Positions 12,841 to 26,677 of a DNA stretch of 64,000 nucleotides are shown piece by piece. Numbering within the stretch: the first letter of the stretch is position 1; each line of letters opens with the position of its first letter. The stretch comes from Monocercomonoides exilis PA203. Lineage: Eukaryota; Protista; Preaxostyla. The position numbers and the translations under genes were made by a program. Under the pieces are notes generated by a model. It was given only the letters and a program-made list of their open reading frames with translations, did not search any database and was not told the origin of the DNA. The DNA lies in assembly GCA_001643675.2 (NCBI GenBank), contig LSRY02000032.1, positions 930,001 through 994,000 of the forward strand. Direction: 5' to 3'.

Positions 12841-13848
12841 AATGCTGCAAAACAGTAACTTTAACAATTTATTAAAATTTAGTGTTATTTACTGCATCAA
12901 GAAAAGATTAAACGCTAAAATTACACACACACGAAGAGAATAGAAGAATGCAAAGCGAAGCAATTGATAACTCATTTCCCTGTGACGAAGAGCGCTGCGC
13001 TCGAGACAAGAACAATAGAAAATATTAATTACTATTGTGAGTAAATGATGCAGGAAGCTAGTTCGACAGAACTTGACTGTAAAGAAGGCAAGCTTAAAAG
13101 TAGATGAAAATGTTCTGCCGTTGAGGAAGGAGTACAGAATCTAGGAGGAACAGAAACAGAAACAGAGAAGAGGAGGAGGAGGAGGAAGATAAAAACGAAA
13201 ATGAAGATAGCAATGAAGTCACATATTTAGCCAAACATATGTCTGAGAAAAGAAAAACGAAAAGTGTAGCTTTTTTGAGATCTACAACACTCTTCATACT
13301 TTGATTTATGCTTTTTTTCTCTGATGAAGCAAAAAATAAACACAAAACAAGACTCAATGCTTTCGTCTCTTTTATAGTGCAACTCCTTGGCCAAATTATT
13401 TCTTTTATTTATTCACGAAAACGCTTTCATCTTTATTTTTCATTGTTCATTTTTTGAAGAATTATCAAAATTCATTTTTTTATAAATATGATAACGATTC
13501 GTAAATTATTTGACAAATAAATAAAACATTCGGTTGCATCAAAATTATCACTTAACTATAAGTTAAACTCTCGTAACGAACGATCCCTTCTCTTCTCCTT
13601 CATTAGACTATTATCGATTTTTTTTCTTTTCTTCAAATCAAAATTGCAGAAAATACTTGAATTTATTTTCTGAATAGAATCAGATAAAGTTAAAATGGTA
13701 TTTGAAAATAAACAATTCGTATGTGAGGTGTGGAAAGATATATTGTTCAAAAACGATAATTGATCAAGAGTAACATAACAATTTCAGCTTGTATTGAGGT
13801 TGGTTAATACTTGAATTAAAGGGCAAGCAGGCGTTGCCCCTTGTTTTC

Positions 13849-16800
13849 ATGACTCAAAATGAGAAGAAGAATGGAAATACATCAAATGCATCAGATTTAT
13901 CCACCTGTTCAGAGCCTCCAGTGATATTTTTGTTGTGTCGAATTTGTGAAGAGGGTTTTTTTATTGTTAGTTTTATTGTTCAGAAATTTTAACTGATATT
14001 TATTTAGTTGTGGCAAGCAATCAGCTAGAAGAACATCATAATCATTGCTTTCCTGCTCAGAAATCACTTAATGATGCTATCCGCCATAAAGATAGGTTGT
14101 CGAAAGTTTGTCTTCAATCACACGTAATTTTTTTAAAAATAATAATTACATTTCAACATATTCCTTTTTACAGATTTTATCTTCTCTTAGACAGGAAATT
14201 GGAAAATCTGTGATTGATATCAATCACGCTGCCATTCAAGCCCAAGTATTTTCGCAGGCCCTTCAGTTGCAATCAGCTTCAACAGACGATCAAATGAAGG
14301 CTAAAGTTCCATTAATTTGCTCTAGTACAGGAACTAACATTTCACAATCTTTTTCGCAACCTTCTTCCTTGTCCACTTCGACTTTTTGTGAAGATCCTCA
14401 ACTTTCAGAGCAAAACTTAATAATTCCAAAGAACATTATGACTCAAAACAATATTCAAACAGAAGAGCATCAATTGTCGCTGGCACGAAAGTTGACACAG
14501 AATGAACCCGCACACTCTGAAAGTGAAGATGCTGAAAGAATTAAACAGAAATCAAAAGAAGAAAAAGATGAAACATTATCATCAGGAATTTCAAAAACAA
14601 ATCCAGAACAAAATGAGGCAACCTTTACTGAAGATTCTTCTCACGATCTTAGCGAAATATCAGTCTCAAAACCAGAAAGAAATGCAGAAGATGACCAGTT
14701 GCATTCTGAGATGAATCGTTCAGATTCTGCAGCTCTGCCTATTCCGCCAACGGAAGTACCTACAGATTGTTCTGCATTGCCCGAACATCAGCCGAATTCT
14801 GACAGCAAGCCATCAATCGCTTCTGCAGAGGAAGGCGAAAGAAAGACAAATGAGAAGGAAATAGCTGATCCTGCTGTGCCTCAATGCTCTTCTGTGCAAT
14901 CTTCCAACATTGACACTGACGCTGCCATTGCAAACAATGAGACACATCCATCCACATCTTCTGATGCTGCTGCATCATCAGCAACACCAGATCTGTCATC
15001 TTCACCTTCCTCTTCCTCCTCCTCTTCCTCCTCTACATCATCATCATCATCATCAACATCATCTTCTTCTTCTCCACTTCCTTCCCATCCATCTCCTGTC
15101 CCTGCCCCCTCCTCTTCCCCCACTGCCCCGCCAGCACACACCTCCTCCCAGCCACAAGACACTCCCTCTGCTTCTTCTTCTCTCTTCTCTGCAATCGTCT
15201 CTGTGTTTGCCGGCGCCATCACTTCTTCTTCTTCTGCCAAGAAGAAGCCGTTTTTCTCGCGCGACATGTTCAGAAGGAACCAGAATGCGAAGAATGCAGC
15301 TCAGAATGAGCAGAAGAGTGAGGGTGGAGAGAAGGAGAAGGAGAAAGAGAAAGAGAAAGAGAAAGAGAAAGAGAAAGAAGAGACGGACGAATCAGGAGAA
15401 GAGGAAAAGAAAAAGGAAGAAAAGAAAGAGAAGAAAGAGAAAGAGGAAGAGAGTGAACATCAAAAAACAAACATAGAAAACAATGAAGAAAAGGAAGCAA
15501 CACAAGAAAAGGAAAAAGAGAAAGAGAAAGAGAAAGAGAAAGATAAAAAGAAAAAGAAAGAAGAGGATGAAGAAAAGAAAGAAAAGAAGGAAGAAAAAGA
15601 AAAAAAAGAAGAAGGCAAAGCAAATAATGAAAAGGATAAAAATGAAGCGAAACAGAAGCGAAATAGTGTGAAAGTGGAAGAAGAGAAAGAGAAAGAGAAG
15701 GAGAAGGAGAAGGAGAAAGAGAAAGAGAAAGAGAAAGAAAAACAAAGAAAAGAAAAACTGAAAAAGGAGAAAGAAGAAAAAGCTCGAAAGGAGAAGGAGA
15801 AGAAGCAGAAGGAAGAAGAAGAGAAGAAGAGGAAGAAGAGGAAAGAACAAGAAGAAAAGGAAAAAAGAGAAAAAGCAGAAAAAGCAAAGAAAGAGAGGCT
15901 GAGGCAGGAGAAGGAGAAGGAAGAGAAGGAGAAGGAGAGGAAGGAGAAGGAGAAGAAGGAGAAAGAAGAGAAAGAAAGAAAATTGAAAGAGGAAAAAGAA
16001 AGGAAGGAGAAAGAAAAGAAGGAGAAGGAAGAGAAAGAAAGAGAAGAAAAAGAAAAAGAGAAAGAGAAAGAAAAAGAAAAAGAAAGAGAAAAAGAGAAAG
16101 AAACCAAAGAAAATGTTGAAGCATCATCAACAACATCATCAACATCAACAGACATAACCACATCAGCCACATCCAATCCACCCAACCAAAAAGCATCTTC
16201 TTCTGAAACAACATCTGCTGAAATCAGTTCAACCTCATCTCCTCTTTCAACAGCCACAACCACAACAGCTATTTCTTCTCTTTCCTCTTCTTCTTTATCA
16301 TCTTCCTCCTCTTCTCACCACCCAACCCCCACCCCCTCCTCCACCGCTGACTCTTCCACCAGAGGCATCCCCATCCCTTCGCCTTGCTCCTCTTCTTCAG
16401 CCACATCACACTCAATCTCTCCTCTTCTCCCAGACATGCACTTCAATCTGGCTGGTCCAAACTCTGCTTCTGCCTCTGCTTCTGCTTCTGATGCTATTTC
16501 TGGTTCTGTTTCTAATTCTTCTGCTGCTTCTAAAGAAGCGAGCTCACCAAGTGTTACTTTTCAAACTCTTCCTTCATCATCATCATCATCTTCTTCTTCT
16601 TCCTCTTCCTCTTCCCTCCCACCCCATCCTCTTTCCCCCACTCCTCTCCCCACCCCCACCCCCACTCCCACCCCTCTCCTCCTCTCCTCCTTCTCCTCTC
16701 AGACACTCCCCATCAACATCTACGACGTCCTCTTCATGCGAGCACTCTATGAACTCGGCCGGTCAGCCATCGAGCAGCAGAAGAAGCAGACACACGAATA

Positions 16801-19800
16801 CATCGGCGCTTTGAAATTCCTCTTTGACGAGCTGCTCAGACTGACTGACGAGTACAAGGAGAAGGGAAGGCTGGCTGGATTTGCAGTTCTGCCTCAACAA
16901 CAACAGCAACAACAAATACAACAGCAGAGTCAGATTCAATCACAGAACACGCAAATGATGACGATGACGACGACGATGCAAATGAAAGGGGCAAATGGGA
17001 TGAATGGAGGAGAGTCAAGGGATTCCCCTTCTTCTTTTTCTTCTTCTTCTTCACCTGGTGTGTTGATTGCTGGCACCAGCAGAATAACTTCCTCACAAAC
17101 AGACACGAATTTCCCTTCTTCTCTAGCCCACTCTCGAAATCACTCTGTTTCCTCTCAAATTGATTCTCCTTCTATCGGCATTAATAACAATAACATCAAC
17201 AACAATAATAATAGCAGATTCAAACCCAGCCAGCCTTATCCACACACACTGCCTCGTTCCATGTCTTCGCTATCGACACTTGCTAAACCACCCGTGTTTA
17301 GCACCCCTCAACAGCGCTCGCCTTATCTTAGTTCTTCTTCTTCTTCTGTCAACACAAAGATTCTATCACCAAAAAATAATTCCTCCACTTCCTCTTCATC
17401 ATCATCTTCTTCTCTTTCTTCTTCCTCCTCCTCTTCCTCTTCCTCTCTCTACTCTCCCAAGAAGCTCTTTGCCACTCCCTCATTCTTCTCCCCCGAGTCA
17501 GACTCAGCCACCACCCCTGCCACGACCCCTCCCACCACTGGCAGCACAGCCACCCCAATCACCCCATCCACTCCAACCACTCCAGCCACACTTACTCCTC
17601 CTTCTCACTCATCTCAATCATCTCAATCAACACATCTCTCTCGTCTCTCTCATCTCTCTTCAAACAGCCCTCCTCAGATGTTATCTCCACTTTCTGAGCC
17701 GCAGAATGCGTCGTCGCTGCCTTCCTCGCTGGGAAAGGAGAACGGCACGAGGTCTGTTTCATCAGCTGGGTCGATTGTGAAGAGGATGAATGGAATGAAT
17801 GGAATGAATGAGATGGATGAGATGAGTGTGGATGTGGATGTGGAAGGCGCGGGAAAACTTATTTACAATCAGTTTAACATAAACCAGATGCCAAAAAACA
17901 TGAAAACGGAGGAAGAGACAGAAGGAGAAGGTGAAAGAGAAAGAGAAAGAGCAAAAGACAGAAATGAGAGAGACATGCTGTGTGTGAATGCAAAAGACTC
18001 GGTGAATCACTTTGTAGAAGATTCACAGCCTGTACCTGTACCATTATCAACATCGACTTCTTCTTCTTCTTCTTCTTCTCTTTCAGTGAATGTTGTTTCT
18101 ATCCCATCTGCACATTCTCTTATTTCCAGCAGCAAAACTGATCTTAACGCCAATCAACTTCAATCCAAATACTCAAAAGACACAAAAGAGAACGAAGATA
18201 AAGAAGATAAAGAAGATAAAGATGACACAGAACTTCTGCCAATCAAACAAGATTCTCTTCCGACTGAGCGATTTGAGCTGATTGAATCGTCTCCGTCGCC
18301 TCTTTCGCGAAATGAGTCGCCGAAAATAGCTGTTTCTGTGTCAGATGCCGAATGCGAAGGAGAAGGAGAAGGTGAGAATGACAGAAACACTGAACACACA
18401 TTGACATCATCGCCAGGCACATTCACAGAGAATAGCTTGCTTTCAGGTGATTCTCCTTCGTCTTCTTCATCTTCTACCTCGTCATCCTCTTCCTCTTCTT
18501 CCTCTCCTCCTTCCACAACACCCACAACAACACCAAATGCTCAATTCACCACCACCTCAGACACAATCACTTCTTCTTCTTCTTCTTCTTCATTTCACAA
18601 CCATTCGCCTCTCTCACACGCACCTCATTCTTCTCATTCTTCTCCAATCAACACAACTCTACAGAAACCTCTTCCTCTTCCTCCAAAAAGCTCAAAAACT
18701 GTTAGATTTGCTCATTCTCCTTCGATTTATTCTTCTTCTTCCTCCTCTTCTCCCTCTTCTGCTCTATATCCTCGTAATTCTGCTTATATGTCTTCTCCTT
18801 CCTCGCTCAACAACACCACAATCATCTCATCTCCATTTTTTTTTTCTTCTTCTTCTTCTTCTCTTTCATCACCTTCTTCTTCTCAATCTGCACTGCCAAC
18901 GCTATCAAAGGATTCATCATCATCATCATTAACAACAACAACACCTTCAAATTCTTCTTCTTCTTCTTCTTCCTCTTCCTCTTCTTCTTCTTCATTCAAG
19001 CTCTCCCACATCGTCACATCCACCACACCCACATCGCATCTCGCCAGCACTTCATTCAATTCACATTCTGCTCTTTCTTCTCTTTCTGCTGAACTACCTC
19101 AAACTCAACAGAACTATCACAAACGCAACAAAACTGATATTCCTTCTTCTTCTTCTCTTTCATCATCATCATCGTCATCATCTTCTTCTTCTTCTTCTGC
19201 TTCTGCTTCTTCTGCTTCTTCCTCTGCTTCTTCTCCTTTCTCCCCCCTTTCTCCTTTTTCTCCTTCCTCCTCCTCTTCTCCTTCATCAACATTATCATCA
19301 TCATCACTTCAATCATCCCATTATCCACATTATGGCTATCACACTTTCCCCAACCAACAGTCCCCTCACATCCAAAACACACAAAATCCTTCCTCTCTCA
19401 GCATTTCTCGTTTAACTCCTTCTTTTCTGTCGCCTCGCCCACTGCCGTCGTTTCCTCGCCCTTCTTCCACTCCTCTTCACCCTTACAATGCTCCTTCCTT
19501 CTCTAATCAGTTTTCTTTTTCTTCCTCTTCCTCTTCTTCCTCTTCATCTTCCTCTTCCTCGTTATCCTCCTCTTCCTCTCTCATCTCCTCCTCCTCCACC
19601 ACCCCCAACACCCTCTCCACCCCCTCTCCTTTCCTCCCTCCCCTCACCAACCTCCTCCTCCCTTCTGTTCCCACACCTTCCCCTCTCTCTCTCCAGACAG
19701 GTCTTTCTCCTTCTCCTTCTCTCACAGACAATCTCAACTACACCCTCATTCCACACACTGCCCCTCTGAAGGCGAAGGAATCCTTAATCATCTTCGCTGA

Positions 19801-22800
19801 GCGTATCATCCGAATTGTACAGGATCTGTTTGAATGCACGCTGAAGGCGTATGAAGAGAAGAAGCTGGCGAAGAAGCTGGTGCAGAGGAAGATTGCCACT
19901 CCAGCTGACTTCTCTCAAACCATCACACAACACACAGATGCCTCTGGAAGAGACTCACGAATGTCGATGAGAACACTGTCTCCGCAAATCCCTCTCGAAA
20001 ACGGAAGTTCTCCTTCTTCTTCTGGTTCTTCTGCCTCTTCTTCTTCTTCTACTACTACTACTGGCTGTGCTGTTGAGCCTGCCCCACTCACTCCGTTCAA
20101 TCCATTTGGTGCTCCAATCATCGGAACCCCACGCGAATCACGCCCAACAACGCCTGCCTCTTCTTCTGTTTGCTCTGCCTCTGCTGCCACTTCAGCCAAT
20201 TCGTATGCTTCTCCATTTGCTGGCAGTATGCACTCAAGTGTGATATCTCCCCTTTTAATCGGCTCTTCCTCTTCTTCTTCCAAACAAAACCTATCAAAAT
20301 CAGATAAAATTGCAAATAACAAAAAAATATCAGGTTCCTCTTTCCATTCTGAAAGTAATGGCCTCACAGCTACATTAGCGCCCACACAAAATGGGAATGA
20401 AAATGCTGATGGCAAAGAAGGAGAAAGACCAGTCAGCTTTGAAGGAATGGAATGCTCACCAGATGTGTCTATTGTGATGCCTTCTTCATCTGGTGCCACT
20501 TCTGTTGCATTCGACGATGAAGACAATGAAGATGAAGAGGACGATGAACTGTTTCCTCTGTTCTCTTCGAAGAGAAGTGTTACTATTGATGACTTCGTTA
20601 GGCTTAAACCAATCAACAAGGGAGCGTTTGGGCGGGTGTTTCTGGTGGCGAAGAAAACGACGGGGGATTTGTATGCGATGAAGGAGATGAAAAAAGAGGA
20701 GATGGAGCGGAAGAATCAAGCAGCAAGAGTGAGGGACGAAGAGAGAATTATGCAGAACCTTCACAACCCGTTCATAGTGGACATGGTGTATTCCTTCCAA
20801 GACGAGAGCAAGTTGTACTTTGTGATGGACTACTGCCCTGGTGGAGATCTGTTTTCGCTGCTGTCTTCGTTCGGCTCGTTCGACGAGGATGTGGCGAGGC
20901 GCTATGCAGCAGAGCTGGTGCTGGCGTTGGAGTATCTGCACTCCCACAAGATCATCCACAGAGATCTGAAGCCAGACAACATCCTCATCGCGAAGGACGG
21001 GCACCTCAAGCTGATCGACTTCGGCCTCTCGCACTATCCTTTCCAGCCTGATGAGGATGAAGACGAGGATGATGTTGCGATTGGAGAGATGGGAACAACA
21101 AACACATTGCTTCATTCAAATACGATGGGAGTGGGGCATGACGGAGGTGCTGGAGGTGGAGCTGGAGATGCAAAGACAAATGAAGGAAATAATACAAACA
21201 GCAAAAACAACAACAATAATAATAATAATAATGAAACAAATGGAGAAGATTATGCCGATGATTACTATTATGCACCCAATCTGCTCCATCAGCCCTTCAC
21301 TTCCATCCTTTCCACAACTGCCACTACACAAACAGCCACGTCGAATGTTCCTGTCTCTTCTCCCTTTGCACACGCAGTGGCATCCGCGCAGGGAATTGTA
21401 GACAGTTCAGCACATCCAGCAGTGGCGCATGCACATAAAGCATCGGGTGGAGGAAGAGAAGGAAGGATTCTGGGGCAGATATTTGAAGAGGAGAGCGAAG
21501 AGGAAGAAGCGGGTGATTCAAATGGGAATGAAGGAAATGGCAAAGAAATGAAGGGAGGTGATGATGGAACACTAAAAGAATTGAAATCCGATACAGGACA
21601 GAATGGAAAAGATGAAGAAGACAGAAAAACCAAGCAACAAGAGCAGAGAATGAAGAAGCGGATCTCGCGAAGGAGAGAAACAGCGTATTCGTGTGTGGGG
21701 ACGCCAGATTATCTTGCGCCAGAGATTTTGACTGGAGAAGGGCACAATGCAGCAGTTGATTGGTGGGCCTTTGGGTGTCTTCTGTTTGAGTTTCTGACAG
21801 GAGCCCCACCGTTTGCAGCGCAGACACGAGAGGATGTGTTCTGGAACATCCTGCACCACAACATCCACTGGCCAGACGACGATGAAGGTGCAGTTGGAGA
21901 CGATGCTGCGAAGACGGACACAAAAGATGAGGGGGCAAGTGGAAATGCTGCAGCGAAGGGAGCAGACAATGATAACACAGCAAAAGAAGCAGAGAATGGA
22001 GACCAGAACAAACAGAATAAACCAAGCAAGATTATTCGTCCGCTGGCAAGAGCGCTGATAGAAGGGCTGCTCACAGTTGATCCGAAAAAACGGCTGGGCT
22101 CAGAGAATGATGCGACAGACATCAAAGAGCACCCGTTTTTTGCAGGCATTGATTGGAGCTCGCTTTTGTCGACTCCTCCGATTTTCGTGCCGAAAGTGCT
22201 GAACAAACTGGATATGTCGTATTTTGTGAAAGTGGGGCATCCTTGTAGCAGCAGCAGTGCTGACGAGAAGAAGAGCAGAGGAGAAAGATCAACTTCTCAC
22301 TCTTCTTCTGCTTCTGCTTCTGGTAAAAAGCGCAAGAAGAACAAAAGTCGATCACAGGAAATTGCAAAACAATCGAATGAGAACAAAGATACAACAAAAA
22401 ATGAAATGAAAAGCAACCACAAAAAGAATAGTCGAACCAATCAAGCACAAAAAGATGTAATTGTCGATAAGCAGTGGAAGAAAACATCAAGACAGAACAT
22501 TCTGAATGCAAAAGAAAAATTGCCAGCTTTCAAACCAGCAGGCATTTTTATCTCTCCGCAGGCAGTCCACGCCACTCGCCCTGCGCCAGCTGATTCATTT
22601 TCTGAGTATCAAATTGGGCAGCAAGAATCTGCCGTGCCTTCATCGTTTATTCTTCCGGAGTTCAAATTCCCAATTAATTCCGGCAATCCTCAGCTTGAAC
22701 TGCAAAGAAACAGAAAATTGAAGAAGAGGCAGCATCATTCACGGAATGCATTCATCAATCGTCGGAAGTCAATGCCAAACATCCATTTGCACTTAAGTCA

Positions 22801-25800
22801 CTCGATTAGCACTGGAAGGATGAATTTACACAGCACACGCCAAGCAGCTGAAAAGACGCACTCATCTTTGCGTGGAGTGCCCAATGCAACAGACAGAACA
22901 AGCGAGTCTCAGCATCATCTGAACAGCCATCGTGTTCATAGCAACAGCCGCAGCAGAAGCCGCCGCCACCAAAAGAGCAGCAGAAAGCTGAACATTTCTA
23001 CCATCTCAAATGATAATGTGCAGATGCAAAGTCATTCGTCTCAATTGCAGCTTCAACCACGCAAACAGTCACATGCTCATAAAAGCGAATTCTCCAGTAG
23101 CAACAAAAAGACGCCTCAGCATCTCCGTTCTCTTGTCATCCCTTCATTCAAAGGAACACCCAGCAAGCGCAATACAGCCATCTTACACGATGAAGTGCTG
23201 TCATCTCCTTCATCTGCGTTCAATCCTGTTCACTTGACACTCAGAAACTCTTCTCATCGCATCCGCCGCACTCCTTTGCATCCCATCACACGCCCTGCGC
23301 TGCGATCATCCATGTTGGAATTGAATGCTGATGGCAGTGGCAATGGAAATAGCAATAGCAATGAAAGTGGAAGTGGAAATGGAGGAATGGCTCGGTCTTC
23401 CTCGTCAAATATGCATCTTTTGAACTCTTCATCAGGTTCGGAGCTGAATTATCTGCATTACAAAGATGGGAAAGAAGTAGACGATGAAGATGATGACGAA
23501 GTCCCCACACTTTCGAGACGTTTTTCTCGATCACTGCAGCGCGATCGTATGTCGAGGCAATCGACACTTTCTTCATCTTTCTCATCTTCTGCATCAACAG
23601 CAATAGCGTCACTTATCGCAGCAAACGAAGGAGGAAATGGAAATTCAACAGGATTTGAAAATGAAAAAGAGGATGAAAAGGAGAACAGAAATAAGCACGA
23701 TGATAATGATGCAGATGTTGAAGAAGATAAAATTAGAAAACAGAAAGGAGAAGATAATGGAGATGCTCATAAAGAAAGTATCAGTCCTTCTTTGCAAACA
23801 GACTTCGATCAGCAAAAGGAAGATGGAGATCAAAATGAGCATTCTGTCAGCAATGCCATGTCATCAAGAAGTGGATGCAAAAGAAAAGAAGAAGAGGAAA
23901 ATGATAGCGATGAAGAGGAAAGCGAAGATGACATTCCTCTTCTCAGAAAGCAAGTGAAACTGAGCTTTGATGTGATGGACTATCTGAATGAGCCAACGCC
24001 TCCTTATTCTCCGTCTTCGACTGCAAGCAGCCAAGAGAATATTCTCAACGATGAAAATAAAAGCAATAAAAAGAATAGCAAAAGAGACAGCAGCCAAATC
24101 GAACTCAACCAAACAACAAAGGAAGCAACCACATTTGCCGATCCATTTGCAGTGGAATCGCCCGACTTGGGTGAGTGCACCACGCCCAGCCTGGAGCTTT
24201 CACTGACACTCAACACGCCTCCACTCCAGCCACGTAGAAGTAGCGAGCTGCCATCGCAGCAGCAGACGATGGTGTTTGCCCTGCACACACCGCTGGCATC
24301 ACGCCCGTACTCTTTCTCTGAACACGACCAACTTTCTCTCACAGCCAGTTTTGGCGACACACAGTCGCTTTTTTCGCTTTCGCCAACACTCAACTCGCAT
24401 CCCAACAGCACATTCTGCTCAAATGACCAGTTGGAGCTGACACTCACAGCTGTCTCTGACACAACTACCACTCCGCCTCCACCGTCTTCGCTTCCGCTTC
24501 CTCTTCCTTCTTCTCGCAGACATTCTCCAACCCTCCACAAAAACAGCAAAGCTTCCCTTCCACGCCAAACAGCCCCATCCTCACCATTCTCATCTCCAGA
24601 CTCGATCTTCCGCTCGGTTGGTTCTCCTCTGCCCAGTCCTTCTTATGCCTCCTCTTCTTCCCCTTCACTTTCTCACTCTTCTCATTCATCTTCCCGATCA
24701 CCTTCGCCATCGCTTTCTCCCTCAGCATCTGTTTCTCCATGCTCCACTCCTGACTCCTCATTTGTGCGTTCTGTCCATCATGCCATTTCTCTTTCTGATT
24801 CGATTGTTTCCCCGCCTCCAACAATACGCCGTCATAGCAGCCGCATAGCTGACCTGGTGCAGCAAGCTCTGATGGACGAGGCAGAAGGCAACAGTTTGTA
24901 CTTGGCTGAAGGAGACGATGGAGATGGCGGAATTGAAATGCAGCTGAGAAACTGCGAGAGAAGCCACTCAGATGCTGGCGTTGATCGCTCGCTTTCTCTT
25001 TCTATCTCTTCGCCTTTGTTTGTGTCTGATCTGAGTGCAACATGTCCTGAGAGCTTACGCGCCCGTGCAGTCACATCAGGATCGATCGAGTATTTGGATT
25101 CAGTTCGTTTTTCGAATGCGAATCTTTCAGCCACTTCTGGGTCGAATTCAAGCTCCACCCCTTCAGGCAGCATGTCTTCCATCTCTTTGCTTTCTCTGCC
25201 ATTATCCACTTTGGATAAACGTTTAATCGAAAATAATTCATCATCATCTTCTTCTTCTACTGCTTCATCTGCTTCTTCTGTGTCCTCTTCTTTATCTGAA
25301 TTGTCGGACTCACCTCCACCTCTTATCATAAGCAGAGGAAAACATCTGAGTGAAATAGCAAAATATCTGGATGAAACGGAAGAAGATGAGGAAGAGGAAG
25401 AGAACGGAGAAAATAAGCGCAAAAGTGAACAATACAAACGCGGAAGTGCAACAAGGGATAAAGACAGCAGGACTGACATACCAAAAAATTTGCATCAAAA
25501 CACTCGTAATTTGAATAATAATCGATCAAGCGATTCAATTTCGGAGGATGTTTTCAGTGCTAGCGATGAGGAAAAACAACAGACGCGTTCATCAGAAATA
25601 ACATTGCAATCAGAAGATGAAGAATCAGCAACATCACCACCACCAACACTCACACGAAAGAAGTCTCATGTTGCTTATATGGTTCAGTTAGCACTGGAAG
25701 AAGGAAAAGAAACAGAGAATGTCGATGTTTCTAATACTCATTCAAATGAAAGTGAATCAGATTCGACAGGTTCGTATGAACAACTGCCACTGACAACCGC

Positions 25801-26677
25801 TGAGCCTTCACATGAAGCTGGATTTGTGGCGTCTGATGCTTCATGTATACCTCCTCTTTCCTCGTCATCTTTGATATCTATTCCTTCCCAATCCTCTTTC
25901 TCCAAGCCTCCTCGACCTCCACGCTATGGAGCTATGCTCAAGCAGCCGATACTTCAACCAATAGAGCAGATGGCAGGATTACAGACACAAACATCAATGG
26001 AACAGTTTTGCATTCCCCAGCCAGCAACCGTTCCTCTTCAGCAGCTGACTCAGTTCGGCAGTCGGCAGAATGTTTCACCTTCGCTTGGATCAACAGGCAG
26101 CATGAGGCGTTTGTCGCCTCGGCTGCTGATTGGAGACGGGTATGTGTATTCGCCAGATGTGCTTGATGCACTCGGTAGTGAGGCCGGAACGCCACAGCCA
26201 GTTGCAATGGATGCTGCATGCATTGACTCATTTGGTGGAGTGGGCGGAATGAGTGGAATGGGCGGAGGGTCGGTTGTGATGCAGATGGAGAGAGATGTGG
26301 GGCTCTCTTCTTTGAGCAGTCTGTTTCCATCTGATTTTCTGTCTCCGCCCGATCTTTCTGAGACAAACAGCCAGTCGCCTTCTCAGTCTAAAAGCACTTT
26401 TGGCGAATGGAACTATGCCAATCTGGCGAAGCTCGCGGAACACAACAAGGAACTAATTCGAATGTATGCTTCACAACAGCCAGCTACTCAGCCGACAACA
26501 GCTGCAGATTCACATTCTGAAGAGCCATCATCTTCAACAAGCACAACGGACTCAATTTTGCCTTGTTCAGAATCATCAGATGTTTCTGCTTCACTTTTAC
26601 AAGATTCAACAAAATGTGACGAAGAGTCTGCCCTACCAGGAAATGCAGATTTAGAGCCAGAGCACAAATCTCAATAA
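13849..26677 (+). CDS. Giant AGC Ser/Thr kinase of the IRE/Rim15/Greatwall(MASTL) group, ~4235 aa; exons 13849-13954, 14008-14105, 14174-26677
   Basis: Kinase motifs KPINKGAFGRVF, YAMK, HRDLKPDN, DFG and GTPDYLAPE with a ~220-aa activation-segment insert. Splicing restores the zinc finger CRICEEVVASNQLEEHHNHC. AGC tail PPIFVP..DMSYF and terminal FGEWNYANLAKLAEHN. Introns 13955-14007 and 14106-14173 keep the frame. Confidence 0.88.
15330..16100 (+). repeat. Purine-rich coding repeat (EKEKEK / E-K-R charged helix) inside the kinase
   Basis: GAGAAA/GAGAAG hexamer arrays encoding a ~250-aa E/K-rich tract. Confidence 0.85.

Noticed and set aside
14760-26443. Dozens of antisense and alternate-frame ORFs over the giant kinase (likewise over LRR-PP2C, DYRK and the receptor genes)
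   Set aside because: Shadows of stop-poor Ser/Glu/Lys repeats and codon bias; no independent motifs.
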